Made by a program: the position numbers and the translations under genes. DNA of 32,000 nucleotides from Planktothrix sp. GU0601_MAG3 (lineage in GTDB: Bacteria; Cyanobacteriota; Cyanobacteriia; Cyanobacteriales; Microcoleaceae), in NCBI GenBank assembly GCA_035193785.1, contig CP136572.1:2000627-2032626 (forward strand). Direction: 5' to 3'. The notes under the pieces are model-generated. The model was given only the letters and a program-made list of their open reading frames with translations, was not told the DNA's origin and ran no database searches. This document shows, one piece after another, positions 20,966 through 29,797 of this stretch; positions within the stretch are counted from its first letter, which is position 1; each line of letters starts with the position of its first letter.

Positions 20966-22310
20966 ATGGTCAAAAGTGTTGAGGAAATTTTAGACTTAAC
21001 GGAAGCGTTGATTATTGCTAACGGAAAAAAACCGCTGAGTTATATTCAGAAAGTTATTTTAAAAGAAGCGTTATTAGAAACAAAAAAAACCTACGATCAA
21101 ATTGCTGAAGACAATGGCTATTCTCCCAATTATTTAAAAAATGGAGTCGCCCCGCACCTCTGGCAACTTTTATCGGATGTGGTGGGCGAAAAAGTGACTA
21201 AGGCTAATTGCCACTGTTTATTAAGACAGGAATTAAATTATCAAGATATCCCTAAAATTATTCCAGAATTTGTTTTTCCTAAAGCAAATTTTTTAGAATC
21301 TCCAGAAGGCCAAGTTCCGCTTGATTCTATTTTTTATATTGAGCGATCGCCCATTGAATTAACCTGTTATCAAGAGATTCAAAATCAAGGAGCATTACTG
21401 CGAATTAAAGCCCCTAGAAAGATGGGTAAAACCTCCTTAATGGCTCGAATTTTAGATCACGCTCAACAGCAAGGTTATCATCCCGTTCGTTTAAGTCTCC
21501 ATCTTGCCAGTAGTTTAGTCTTTACCTCAACGGAAAAATTCTTACGTTGGCTTTGTGCTAATGTAGCTCAACAGTTGGAATTAGAATCTAAAATAGATGA
21601 TTTTTGGGATGAAGATGTAGGAACATTAGTCAGTAGTTCTCTGTATTTTCAAGGGTATTTATTAGAATTAATTAAAGAACCGATTGTTTTAGCTATTGAT
21701 GAAGTTAATCAATTATTTGAGTATCCTTCCTTAGCCCGGGATGTCTTGGCTTTATTAAGATCTTGGCATGAAGAAACCCGAGATATTAGCAATTGGAAAA
21801 AATTAAGGTTTGTGATTGTCTATTCAACGGATATTTATATCCCCTTAGATACAAATAAATCTCCATTTAACGTCGGTTTAGGAGTTGATTTACTGCCTTT
21901 TAATATTAGTCAAATTGAAACTCTAGCGCAACGATATGGATTAAAATTAATGGATAAAGAGTTAAAAAAATTTACAGAATTTATTGGAGGATTTCCTTTT
22001 TTAGCAAGATTAGCCTTTGATCATTGTGTGCGTCGTAATATTCCCCTCCCAGAGTTACTAAAACAAGCCATCAGTGATACAGGAATTTATGCCGATCATC
22101 TCCACGAACAGTTATGGTTACTTGAGCAAGACCCCGATTTAGTCACCGCCTATCAACAAGTTATTAGTACAAATCAACCTATCAAAATTGAACATGTGAA
22201 AGCGTTTAAATTAAAAAGTATGGGATTGGTTTCATATTGATGGAAATTCAGTTATTCCCAGTTGTGAGTTATACCGTCAATATTTTCAGGAGTATTTTAG
22301 GGAAGTTTGA
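20966..22310 (+). CDS. AAA-like domain ATPase (PF14516-type) with an N-terminal helical/HTH-like module; the C-terminus is cut by a +1 frameshift
   Basis: Walker A is APRKMGKTSL and Walker B is VLAIDEV. The ORF stops at 22240, but deleting one T from GTTTC at 22229..22233 extends it to ...SMGLVHIDGNSVIPSCELYRQYFQEYFREV* (stop at 22308..22310). Confidence 0.7.
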
Positions 22311-22349
22311 TATACATAAACTACAGAAACAGAAACCGGGCTTGTCCAA

Positions 22350-22362
22350 GAAACCCGGTTTC
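22350..22362. terminator. GAAACCCGGTTTC palindrome between convergent genes
   Basis: A perfect 13-bp palindrome between the AAA-like stop (22310) and the dnaN stop (22369). A degenerate copy (agaaaccgggcttgtc) lies just upstream. Confidence 0.4.
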
Positions 22363-22368
22363 TAGGGA

Positions 22369-23545
22369 TTAATTTCTTAATTGTACAGGCATCACCAAAT
22401 ATGTCATTTTTATCCCACCCAAAGGATTAACAATAACTGGAGTAGTGGCGGCATTCAATTGCAGGGAAACTTCCGAGGTATTAAATACTTTTAAACCCTC
22501 TAATAAGTATTTAACATTAAATGCTAATTCCTTGGGTTCCTCCCCAGAAATTTGAGCGGGGAGAGATTCCAAAGCATTACCAACATCGGCGGCTTCTACG
22601 GATAAAGCAATTTGTTGATTAACATGATCAATGCTACATTTGACAATATCATTCTTTTGAGAAGCTAAAACCGCAATCCGTTCTAGGGCACCGATAAAGC
22701 CCCGCCGATCTAAGTTAATTTGATTGACAAATTGATGGGGAATTAACTGTTGATAAGCCGGATATGCCCCTTCTAATTTGCGAGTATTAAGTCTTTGTTC
22801 CCCCAGTTCAAAAATTACTTGACTCTCATCAAATCGCAACGTAATAATAACCGGAGAATCGTCTTTAGAGCCACCGTGGGTATCAACAGTTCGCATCGCC
22901 ACCATGCGTTCCACTTCCCTTAAAGCCCGGGCTGGAACTGTTACCTCAAATTCCTCTAATTCATCATCGGGATCGGTTTCGCTTAGATTTTCTGTTTGCA
23001 CAACTGCTAATCTATGACCGTCCGTTGAAGCAAATTCAATCGTATTATTTTGAACTTTTAAATGCACTCCAGTTAAAACCTGTTTAGTTTCATCGGAAAC
23101 TTGTAGCAAATAACGTCCCCTTCAATCCCGAAATTAAAGATTCCGCCGCCAAATGAATAGAATCGCCCGTTTGAATAGCAGGTAATTCGGGATATTCTTC
23201 CGCCGCCATACCTCGAACTTGATATTTTCCTGAACTAGAAGTTAAATTAACAATTGCTTCCCCAACTTGATCATCAATGGTAATTTCTCCCCCGGGTAAA
23301 CGGGAGACAATATCATTAAATAATTTAGCTGGGACAGTTAAGGTTCCTCCCTCCGTGACCGTCGCCTGCATACTCGCCCGAATCCCCAAACTTAAATCAA
23401 ATGCAGTTAAATTTAACCGTTGATTTTCCTCATCAGCATCAATTAAAATATTAGATAAAATTGGATGATTCGGACGGGATGGAATCGCCCTAGATACCCA
23501 AGATAAATTAGAACTTAATTTGTCCTGTTCAACAATAAATTTCAT
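22369..23545 (-). CDS. dnaN: DNA polymerase III beta sliding clamp, interrupted by a +1 frameshift
   Basis: The ATG at 23545 lies 6 nt after GGAGG. It encodes MKFIVEQDKLSSNLSWVSRAIPSRPNHPILSNILI.... The halves join as ...LKGTLFATSSDETKQVLTGVHLKV... when one base of GAAAC (23096..23100, + strand) is removed. Confidence 0.9.
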
Positions 23546-23655
23546 AGTTAACCTCCATTGGTATGTGTTAGCATAATCATAATGCCGACAATTTCTAACA
23601 TTCACGAGAGAAACGAACCCCTAATTATAACCTAGAAATCCCTCGATATCCTTAG

Positions 23656-24127
23656 CTATAGAATCTTCTGCATTAACAAAGATTGAGGTTGATAACCCAA
23701 TTTCTGATAGAGATTGAGAGCGGGTTGGTTATTCGTGAAAACCTGTAGACTCATTTTGCGATCGCCCCGTCCCGTGGCCCACCGTTGAGCATGGGCCATT
23801 AAAGCTGAACCAATACCCTGTTTTCGGTGTTCTGGTGCCACATACAACAAAAAAACATGGGCAGTGCGTTCTCCGTCGGCCAAATCAATCGCATTACCTA
23901 ACCATAAACAAGCTATCGGTTCGGGGCGGTGGTCTGGGTAGAATTTATCCACCCACCACAAAGGGGTTTGAGGCGAAAAATACTGCTCAACAGTTAGGGC
24001 GAGATGGCTTAAATCTTGATCAGGGAATTGTTCCTTATAGGTTTCTATATACAAACTTGAGTAATAAAGCCCGATCTAAACGTGACCCCTGGCGCAAATG
24101 ATAACCGGGGATAAAAACTTCAGACAC
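23656..24127 (-). CDS. GNAT-family N-acetyltransferase, N-terminus displaced by a +1 frameshift
   Basis: Acetyl-CoA motif RKQGIGSALM...NNQPALNLYQKLGY. An upstream segment from the GTG at 24127 (VSEVFIPGYHLRQGSRLDRALLLKFVYR) joins TYKEQFPDQDL... after removing one T of GTTTC at 24041..24045. The exact start codon is uncertain. Confidence 0.7.
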
Positions 24128-24299
24128 GAATATTATTAAGGAAATAGGTCGCCGATGCAGTCGGAGTAAAAATCGTGCCAATGGGTGCCGGGGCGCTCAT
24201 ATCTCCAGGGAGAAAAATTCGCGCACTGACAACGAACAGAGCGAATAAAAACATGATGACCACAATCAACGGGGCCATATATTGACGAAAGAATGCCAT
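24120..24299 (-). CDS. Small (59 aa) single-pass membrane protein
   Basis: Hand-translated, below the ORF-track cutoff: MAFFRQYMAPLIVVIMFLFALFVVSARIFLPGDMSAPAPIGTIFTPTASATYFLNNIRV*. Its stop overlaps the putative GNAT GTG start (GTGTCTGA). Confidence 0.4.
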   Translation of the reverse strand: MAFFRQYMAPLIVVIMFLFALFVVSARIFLPGDMSAPAPIGTIFTPTASATYFLNNIRV

Positions 24300-24349
24300 A
24301 ATCAGTTATCGGTGATCAGTAAACAGTTATCAGTGTAAGAGTTGTCAGT

Positions 24350-25717
24350 TTTTAGCTAACAACCTACAATACATTGACACTCCCTTTGCCTAAAGGCGTG
24401 GGGATTCTTTGTTCACAGAGCCAACTTGCTCGAACAGGATTTCTCCAGCCCGAGTAGAGGTCAATTCTCCCAAAGCGTTGCTTACATCTAGTGCAAAAGT
24501 TCCCGTATGCCCTACGGTACTCAATCCTCGACTAAGGATATTTCTAGCTGCATTTTCATCTCTATCCATGACACAACCGCACCTACAAACATGGGATAAG
24601 AGTGGATAGCGTTTTCTTAACAATTTCACCGCAACTAGAGCATTCTTGGCTGGTATATTGCGGATTTACCGCCACCGTGACTCTTTCAAATACTTTACCA
24701 AAGTATTCAAGCCAGACCCGAAACTGATACCAAGATGCGTCATTAATAGACTTAGCTAAACAATGATTTTTTACCAGATTTTTAATCCTCAAATCTTCGT
24801 AGGCTATCAAGTCGTTAGACTGAACTACGCACCGTGCTGATTTCACAGCATGGTCTTCACGTTGCCTACTTATTTTAAGGTGGCGTTTCCCTAAAATCTG
24901 TCTAGCTTTGCCTCGATTTTTTGAACCTTTTACTTTTCTGGAAATCCGACGTTGTGAACGTTTAAGAACCTTTTCCCCTTGACGGAGAAATTTAGGATTC
25001 TCAACCATCACACCATTAGAGTCGGTGTAGTATTCCTTCAAACCCACATCTAATCCTATCGTATTTCCAGAAGGCTTTGTATTTTCTTTCCGGTCAACAT
25101 CGACACAGAATTGAACGTACACGCCGTCTGCACGTTTTACTAATCTCACCCGTTTTATTTGGCTAATTTGGTAAAAGTGTAAGTCGCGCGTGCCTTTTAA
25201 CTTGAGTTCACCAATATTTTTTTTATCGGTAAACTTTATGGATTTTCTGTCATCTGCAAGTTTCCAACCCGTTGATTTATATTCAACAGAACGACAGTTT
25301 TTCTGGAATTTTGGATATCCTTTTTTACCAGGAATTGACTTTTTGCAGTTCTCGTAAAAACGGGAAATAGCAGACCAGGCTCTTTCGGCACAAGATTGTC
25401 TGGCTTGAGAATTGAGTTCATTAGCAAACGGAAAATTCTTAGCAAGCACGGCACAATATTTGTTTAGATCATACTTATCTATTTTTTTATTATCCATCCA
25501 ATAGCGTAAACAACTATTGCGGACAAATTGTGCTGTACGAATCGCTTCATTTACTGCTTCAATCTGACTTGCTTTTCCGTAAGATTTGAACTCAAATACT
25601 AACATTGCCCTACCTCTCGCCTTACTTCTTATGCTATATCTTTGGGCACAAGATTGGCTGATATTGCAACAAAGGTTTACAATTAAAGCCTAACTAGAAG
25701 TTAGGGGTTTTAAACCC
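24350..25717 (-). mobile_element. IS200/IS605-family element carrying tnpB only (no tnpA)
   Basis: The tnpB ORFs come with a 7-bp-stem subterminal hairpin cctaact-aga-agttagg at 25689..25705 and the palindrome gggttttaaaccc at 25705..25717 on the 5' side. The 3' side ends ...ggcaaagggagtgtcaatg. The exact ends are not determinable. Confidence 0.5.
24390..25605 (-). pseudogene. tnpB: TnpB (OrfB) RNA-guided endonuclease, frameshifted near the zinc finger
   Basis: RuvC triad contexts are IGLDVGLK, IAYEDLRIKN and DRDENAARNIL; the zinc finger is CSSCG...CRCG. ORFs 24583..25605 and 24390..24629 overlap with a +1 offset. The likely junction is KKTLST|LSHVCRCG near 24590..24600, which is not a GAAAC site. 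Confidence 0.85.
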
Positions 25718-25833
25718 AATTTTCTGATAACTAATAACTGGTACGGGTGCGCCAATAGCCTAACGAGATTGCGCTTTGCTAAGGTGCGTCTAACCACTGA
25801 TAACTGATAACTGTTTACTGATAACTGAATTAA

Positions 25834-27160
25834 ATGACTTCTATCCTCGTTAAACCATCTTTGCCTCGACCGATCAATACCCCCACTGTTCATCAACTCT
25901 CCAATGGTCTGACCATTGTGGCAGAACAGTTAGCCGTTGATGCGGTAAATCTCAATGTTTGGATTAATATTGGTTCGGCCATTGAATCCGATGATATCAA
26001 CGGTATGGCGCACTTTTTAGAACATATCGTTTTTAAAGGCACACCCCATCTGCAAATCGGCGAATTCGAGCAAAAAATCGAACAGCGGGGCGCGGTCACC
26101 AATGCGGCAACCAGTCAGGACTATACCCATTATTACATCACCACCGCCCCCCAGGACTTTGCGGATTTAGCTCCCCTACAGTTTGATGTGGTACTCAATG
26201 CCAGTGTGGCGGATGAAGCCTTTGAACGGGAGAGATTTGTCGTCTTAGAAGAAATTCGTCGGGCGGAAGATAACCCAGGTCGGCGTTTCCTTCCGTCAGT
26301 CCATGGAAATCGCCTTTGAGCAACTCCCCTATCGTCGTCCAGTTTTGGGGCCAGCATCGGTGATTGAGCAGTTACAATCCCAACAAATGCGGGACTTCCA
26401 TCGCACCTGGTATCAGCCCCGCTCCATGACCGTCGCCGTGGTGGGTAATTTACCCGTGGAAACTCTGATCCAAACGGTAGAAAATGCCGTTAGCTCCGTT
26501 TATCCCGCCTCCTCGATGGCTTCCGCCCTGCCGGAACTCCAACCCTGGACTCCTGAAGCGAGTTTTCAGGAAATTGTCCGTCAAGAAATTATTGATGATA
26601 CCTTGGAACAAGCCCGATTATTGATGTTGTGGCGTGTACCCGGTTTAGCAGAACTCCCTCAAACCTATCCTTTGGATATTTTAGCCCATATTTTGGGCCA
26701 AGGAAGAACCGCACGACTATTCCAAGATCTACGGGAAAATCGCGGGTTAGTTTCGTCGATTTCTGCGAGTAATATGACCCAGCGTTGGCAGGGGGTATTT
26801 TATATTTCAGCCCGTTTACCCGCAGAGAATTTAGCTCTAGTTGAAGAAATTCTCACCGATCATATTCGTCAAATCCAAAGCGAATTAATTACCGAAGATG
26901 AAATTGCCAAAGTTAGGATGCAGGTGGCAAATCGGTTTATCTTTGGCAATGAAACCCCTAGCGATCGCGCTGGGTTGTATGGATACTATCAATCTCTGGT
27001 GGGGGATTTAACTGCGGGTCTCCATTACCCCGATCATATTCAAGGTTTGAGTTCAGAAACCGTTCAACAGGCAGCACAACAGTATTTGTCTCCCAATGCC
27101 TATGGAATTGTGATTTTAAAACCTTCCTTAAACAGTCATCAGTCATCAGTTAACAGTTAA
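25834..27160 (+). CDS. M16 (pitrilysin/insulinase) family zinc peptidase, interrupted by a +1 frameshift
   Basis: Has the inverted zinc motif HFLEH, with the downstream E in EEIRRAED. The halves join as ...EDNPGRRSFRQSMEIAFEQLPYRRPVLG... after removing one T of GTTTC at 26285..26289. The C-terminal tail (SHQSSVNS) reads into heptamers. Confidence 0.85.
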
Positions 27161-27200
27161 CAGTTAACTGTTAAACAGTTATCAGTTAAACAGTTATCAG
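27127..27200 (+). repeat. Heptamer array CAGTCAT/CAGTTAA/CAGTTAT
   Basis: Reads cagtcatcagtcatcagttaacagttaacagttaactgttaaacagttatcagttaaacagttatcag, spanning the M16 stop codon. Confidence 0.8.
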
Positions 27201-27462
27201 TAAAATTACCTTCCCTGAATTCAAGAAAACCCAGAGTTGGGAAGTTTCTGGGGACTAATAATGGTAAAATCGTGAAACGCTTATATTGTAGGCGTCATCG
27301 CCTTCTAAAGTGATAAGGTTTAAGGGCAAAAACCGCTTGATTTTTATTGGGTTTTGTGGGTTAACCCCAATAATGTATCCAAATTTTTCCCAAATCTCGG
27401 TAAAATTGTCCTGACAACTTTGATCCCCATGTTTTTTGAGTCATTGGTGAGAATTAGCCTCT

Positions 27463-28492
27463 ATGAAACTACAAGATTTTCTCGGTAAAAATACTCGATA
27501 TGATATTAAAGGCATTTCTGAAGATGACGAACTTTCCCGTCAAATTCAGACCCGACTAATTGATTTAGGACTGCTTGATCCCCCTGTGGATGGGATTTTT
27601 GGCCCCAAATCAACGGCGGCATTACACCAATTTCAGAAGTTGATGGAGTGTGGTGAAGCGGGTTATCTGGGCGCGGTGACGGCGAAAAAGCTCACGGAAA
27701 CCAAACGAGAACAAATTCCCGTAGCCACCCCAATTCTGAAAACCGTTAAAAGTACAGTTTTTAAAGTTAAACCCATTGCTTCTTCTCAACTCAATGACTC
27801 GGAAAAATTTACGATTCCCGCCAATAAAGAATTTAGTGTTTTAGCCTACGATCCCATTCGTGGACATTTACGAGTCGCTTTACGCACCGAATCCTACGGA
27901 GGATATTCGGTCTTATATATCTGGGGAGAACACGCTGAAATTTATGAAAATGGGAGTCGGGTTTATCCTAAACCGATTCCTCCGAGTTTCCGGCTCAATG
28001 TTCCCTATAAATCTCAATTGGATAACTGGTTTAATCCAACAGGTTTCCTGTAATGTCACTTCCATCGCCATGTGTTTGGAATACCTTAAAGCCCGTCGCA
28101 AAACCAATTCCGGCCAGTTGGAAGATGAACTCTATGAATATGCTATCAATAAAGGCTACAGTCGCCATAACCCCAACGATTTAGCTCGAATTGTTCGAGA
28201 TTATGGTTGTCAGGATTATTTTACCGAAAATAGCACAATAGATGATGTCAAAGATTGGATTGCGGCTGGAAATCCCGCCGTAATTCATGGATATTTTACC
28301 TCCTTTGGTCATATCATGCCTGTGGTGGGTTATGACGAATATGGATTTATTGTCCATGATCCCTATGGAGAATGGTTTTCCTCCGGTTATCGCACGGATT
28401 TAAGTGGGTCTTATTTGAATTATTCCTATCTATTGATCCGCCGGGTTTGCATCCCTGATGGTACTTTTTGGGTGCATTTTATTTCTAAGTAG
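27463..28492 (+). CDS. Peptidoglycan-binding domain protein fused to a C39-like (papain-fold) peptidase domain, interrupted by a +1 frameshift
   Basis: The N-terminal PG_binding_1-like repeat is LIDLGLLDPPVDGIFGPKSTAALHQFQ. The halves join as ...NVPYKSQLDNWFNPTGSCNVTSIAMCLEYL... (candidate catalytic Cys) after removing one T of GTTTC at 28043..28047. A His context GHIMPVVGYDE lies downstream. Confidence 0.75.
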
Positions 28493-28516
28493 TTGTTAGG
28501 AATAGAGGTGTGATCT

Positions 28517-28546
28517 GAGGGCGAGAAAACCTCGCCCCTACTTTTT
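28517..28546 (+). terminator. Rho-independent terminator
   Basis: Stem GGGCGAG (28519..28525), loop AAAAC, stem CTCGCCC (28531..28537), then CTACTTTTT. It lies between the convergent peptidase gene and nadC. Confidence 0.6.
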
Positions 28547-28549
28547 GAT

Positions 28550-29404
28550 TTAGATTCTCATACTTAAATCTAACCAATTTGAACGGGTAATCGGGGCACT
28601 GGTTGAAATATAATCAACCCCGGTTTCTGCAACAAAACGAATGGTTTCTAAGGTAATATTTCCCGATGCTTCTATTTTAATTCGGGAGTTATATTCACGA
28701 ATTATATTAACAGCTTCCCCCATTAACTCCAAGGACATATTATCTAACATAATAATATCCGCTTGATGTTCTAAGGCTATTTTAACCTGTTCTAAGGTTT
28801 CTGTTTCCACTTCAATAGTTAAAGGATAAGGCATAGTTTCTCGAATTTTTGCGATCGCCTCTGCAATTCCCCCCGCCGCCGCAATATGATTATCTTTAAT
28901 CATAATCGCATCATCTAATCCCATTCGATGATTTTTTGCCCCACCGACTTGAATCGCATATTTTTCTAATAATCTTAATCCGGGTGTGGTTTTACGGGTA
29001 TCTACTAATTGACAGGGTAAATCAGCGATCGCCTCTACATATTTCCGCGTCTCTGTAGCAATTCCACTCAGTCGCATGGCTAAATTTAACGCCACTCTTT
29101 CCCCGGTTAATAACGCCTCTAAACTCCCCTCTAAAAAAGCAATTTTTGTGTCTTTTTCACACCATTCTCCCTCTTTAACTAAGGGGGTAAATTCTATCTG
29201 ATGATCCAACAGTTGAAACACTCTTTCCGCAATCGATAATCCAGCAATCACACCCTTTTCCTTAACAATCCAATCGGCGGATTTAATCTGATTAACGATT
29301 AATAATCCTGCGGTCGTGCGATCGCCTCGTCCAATATCTTCTAATAACCATTGTTGCAATAGGGGATCTAAAATAACCCTAGGAGGTAATATTGCCTTGA
29401 TCAT
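28550..29404 (-). CDS. nadC: Nicotinate-nucleotide pyrophosphorylase (carboxylating), i.e. quinolinate phosphoribosyltransferase
   Basis: 284 aa with WLLEDIGRGDRTT, DTRKTTPGLR, GGAKNHRMGLDDAIMIKDNH and IEVETETLEQ. Confidence 0.9.
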   Translation of the reverse strand: MIKAILPPRVILDPLLQQWLLEDIGRGDRTTAGLLIVNQIKSADWIVKEKGVIAGLSIAERVFQLLDHQIEFTPLVKEGEWCEKDTKIAFLEGSLEALLTGERVALNLAMRLSGIATETRKYVEAIADLPCQLVDTRKTTPGLRLLEKYAIQVGGAKNHRMGLDDAIMIKDNHIAAAGGIAEAIAKIRETMPYPLTIEVETETLEQVKIALEHQADIIMLDNMSLELMGEAVNIIREYNSRIKIEASGNITLETIRFVAETGVDYISTSAPITRSNWLDLSMRI

Positions 29405-29526
29405 ACATTAAGGATTTTCAAATATTCTATAATACCGAGGGTCAAAGAAACAGGGTTTCTGTATAAACCCTGATTTCCCATCCTAAATCTTGAAAGAAAC
29501 CCGGTTTCTGGGGATGGTAAAATACT

Positions 29527-29563
29527 AAAGCCCTCTCCCGATTTATCACTGGAAGAAGGCTTT
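29527..29563 (-). terminator. Hairpin terminator after 5S copy 1
   Basis: On the minus strand, AAAGCCUUCUUCC...GGGAGAGGGCUUU forms a ~13-bp stem (with G-U pairs) followed by AGUAUUUUA. It begins about 13 nt past the 5S 3' end. Confidence 0.5.
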
Positions 29564-29575
29564 AGTTTGATATTA

Positions 29576-29693
29576 ACCTGGCACCGAGCTATTTTCCCAG
29601 ACGGCTACCCGCCAAGTATCTTCGCCGTATCAGCGTTTCACTTCCGAGTTCGAGATGGATCGGAGTGGTTCCACTGAGCCATAGGCACCAGGA
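29576..29693 (-). rRNA. rrf: 5S ribosomal RNA (copy 1)
   Basis: The minus strand reads TCCTGGTGCCTATGGCTCAGTGGAACCACTCCGATCCATCTCGAACTCGGAAGTGAAACGCTGATACGGCGAAGATACTTGGCGGGTAGCCGTCTGGGAAAATAGCTCGGTGCCAGGT. It has the conserved CCGAAC-type loop region, GAAGTGAAAC and closing helix I, and is about 118 nt long. Confidence 0.9.
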
Positions 29694-29768
29694 AAGCTCT
29701 GTAAACTTTTCTGGGTTTTGAGGATTTAGCGTTTTTGTGTTTCGCTTGTTTTCCTCTCACAATTTACT

Positions 29769-29797
29769 AATCTACTTTATTTCTCTGGGAATGTCAA
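29769..29797 (-). promoter_or_regulatory. Sigma70-type promoter for 5S copy 1
   Basis: On the minus strand: TTGACA (29797..29792), a 17-nt spacer, then TAGATT (29774..29769). It lies about 75 nt upstream of the mature 5S 5' end. Confidence 0.5.

Noticed and set aside
25690-26357. Track ORFs 25690..25896 (-), 25893..26102 (-) and 26133..26357 (-)
   Set aside because: The first spans the IS end hairpin and the heptamer leader. The others are antisense shadows of the M16 peptidase gene.
27200-27462. Possible small toxin-antitoxin-like ORFs on the minus strand upstream of the PG-binding gene
   Set aside because: Only 27-28-codon fragments in different frames are present, with no recognisable motif. 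At most this is a decayed remnant, too weak to report.
1859-28047. Programmed +1 ribosomal frameshifting or transcriptional slippage at GAAAC as the explanation for the split genes
   Set aside because: The pentamer lies in all three codon phases (GGA-AAC, GAA-ACA, GTG-TTT-CTT, AGT-TTC...) and in both gene orientations. There is no shared downstream stop or SD-like stimulator. A 3-base run is too short for known slippage. A DNA- or data-level cause fits better.
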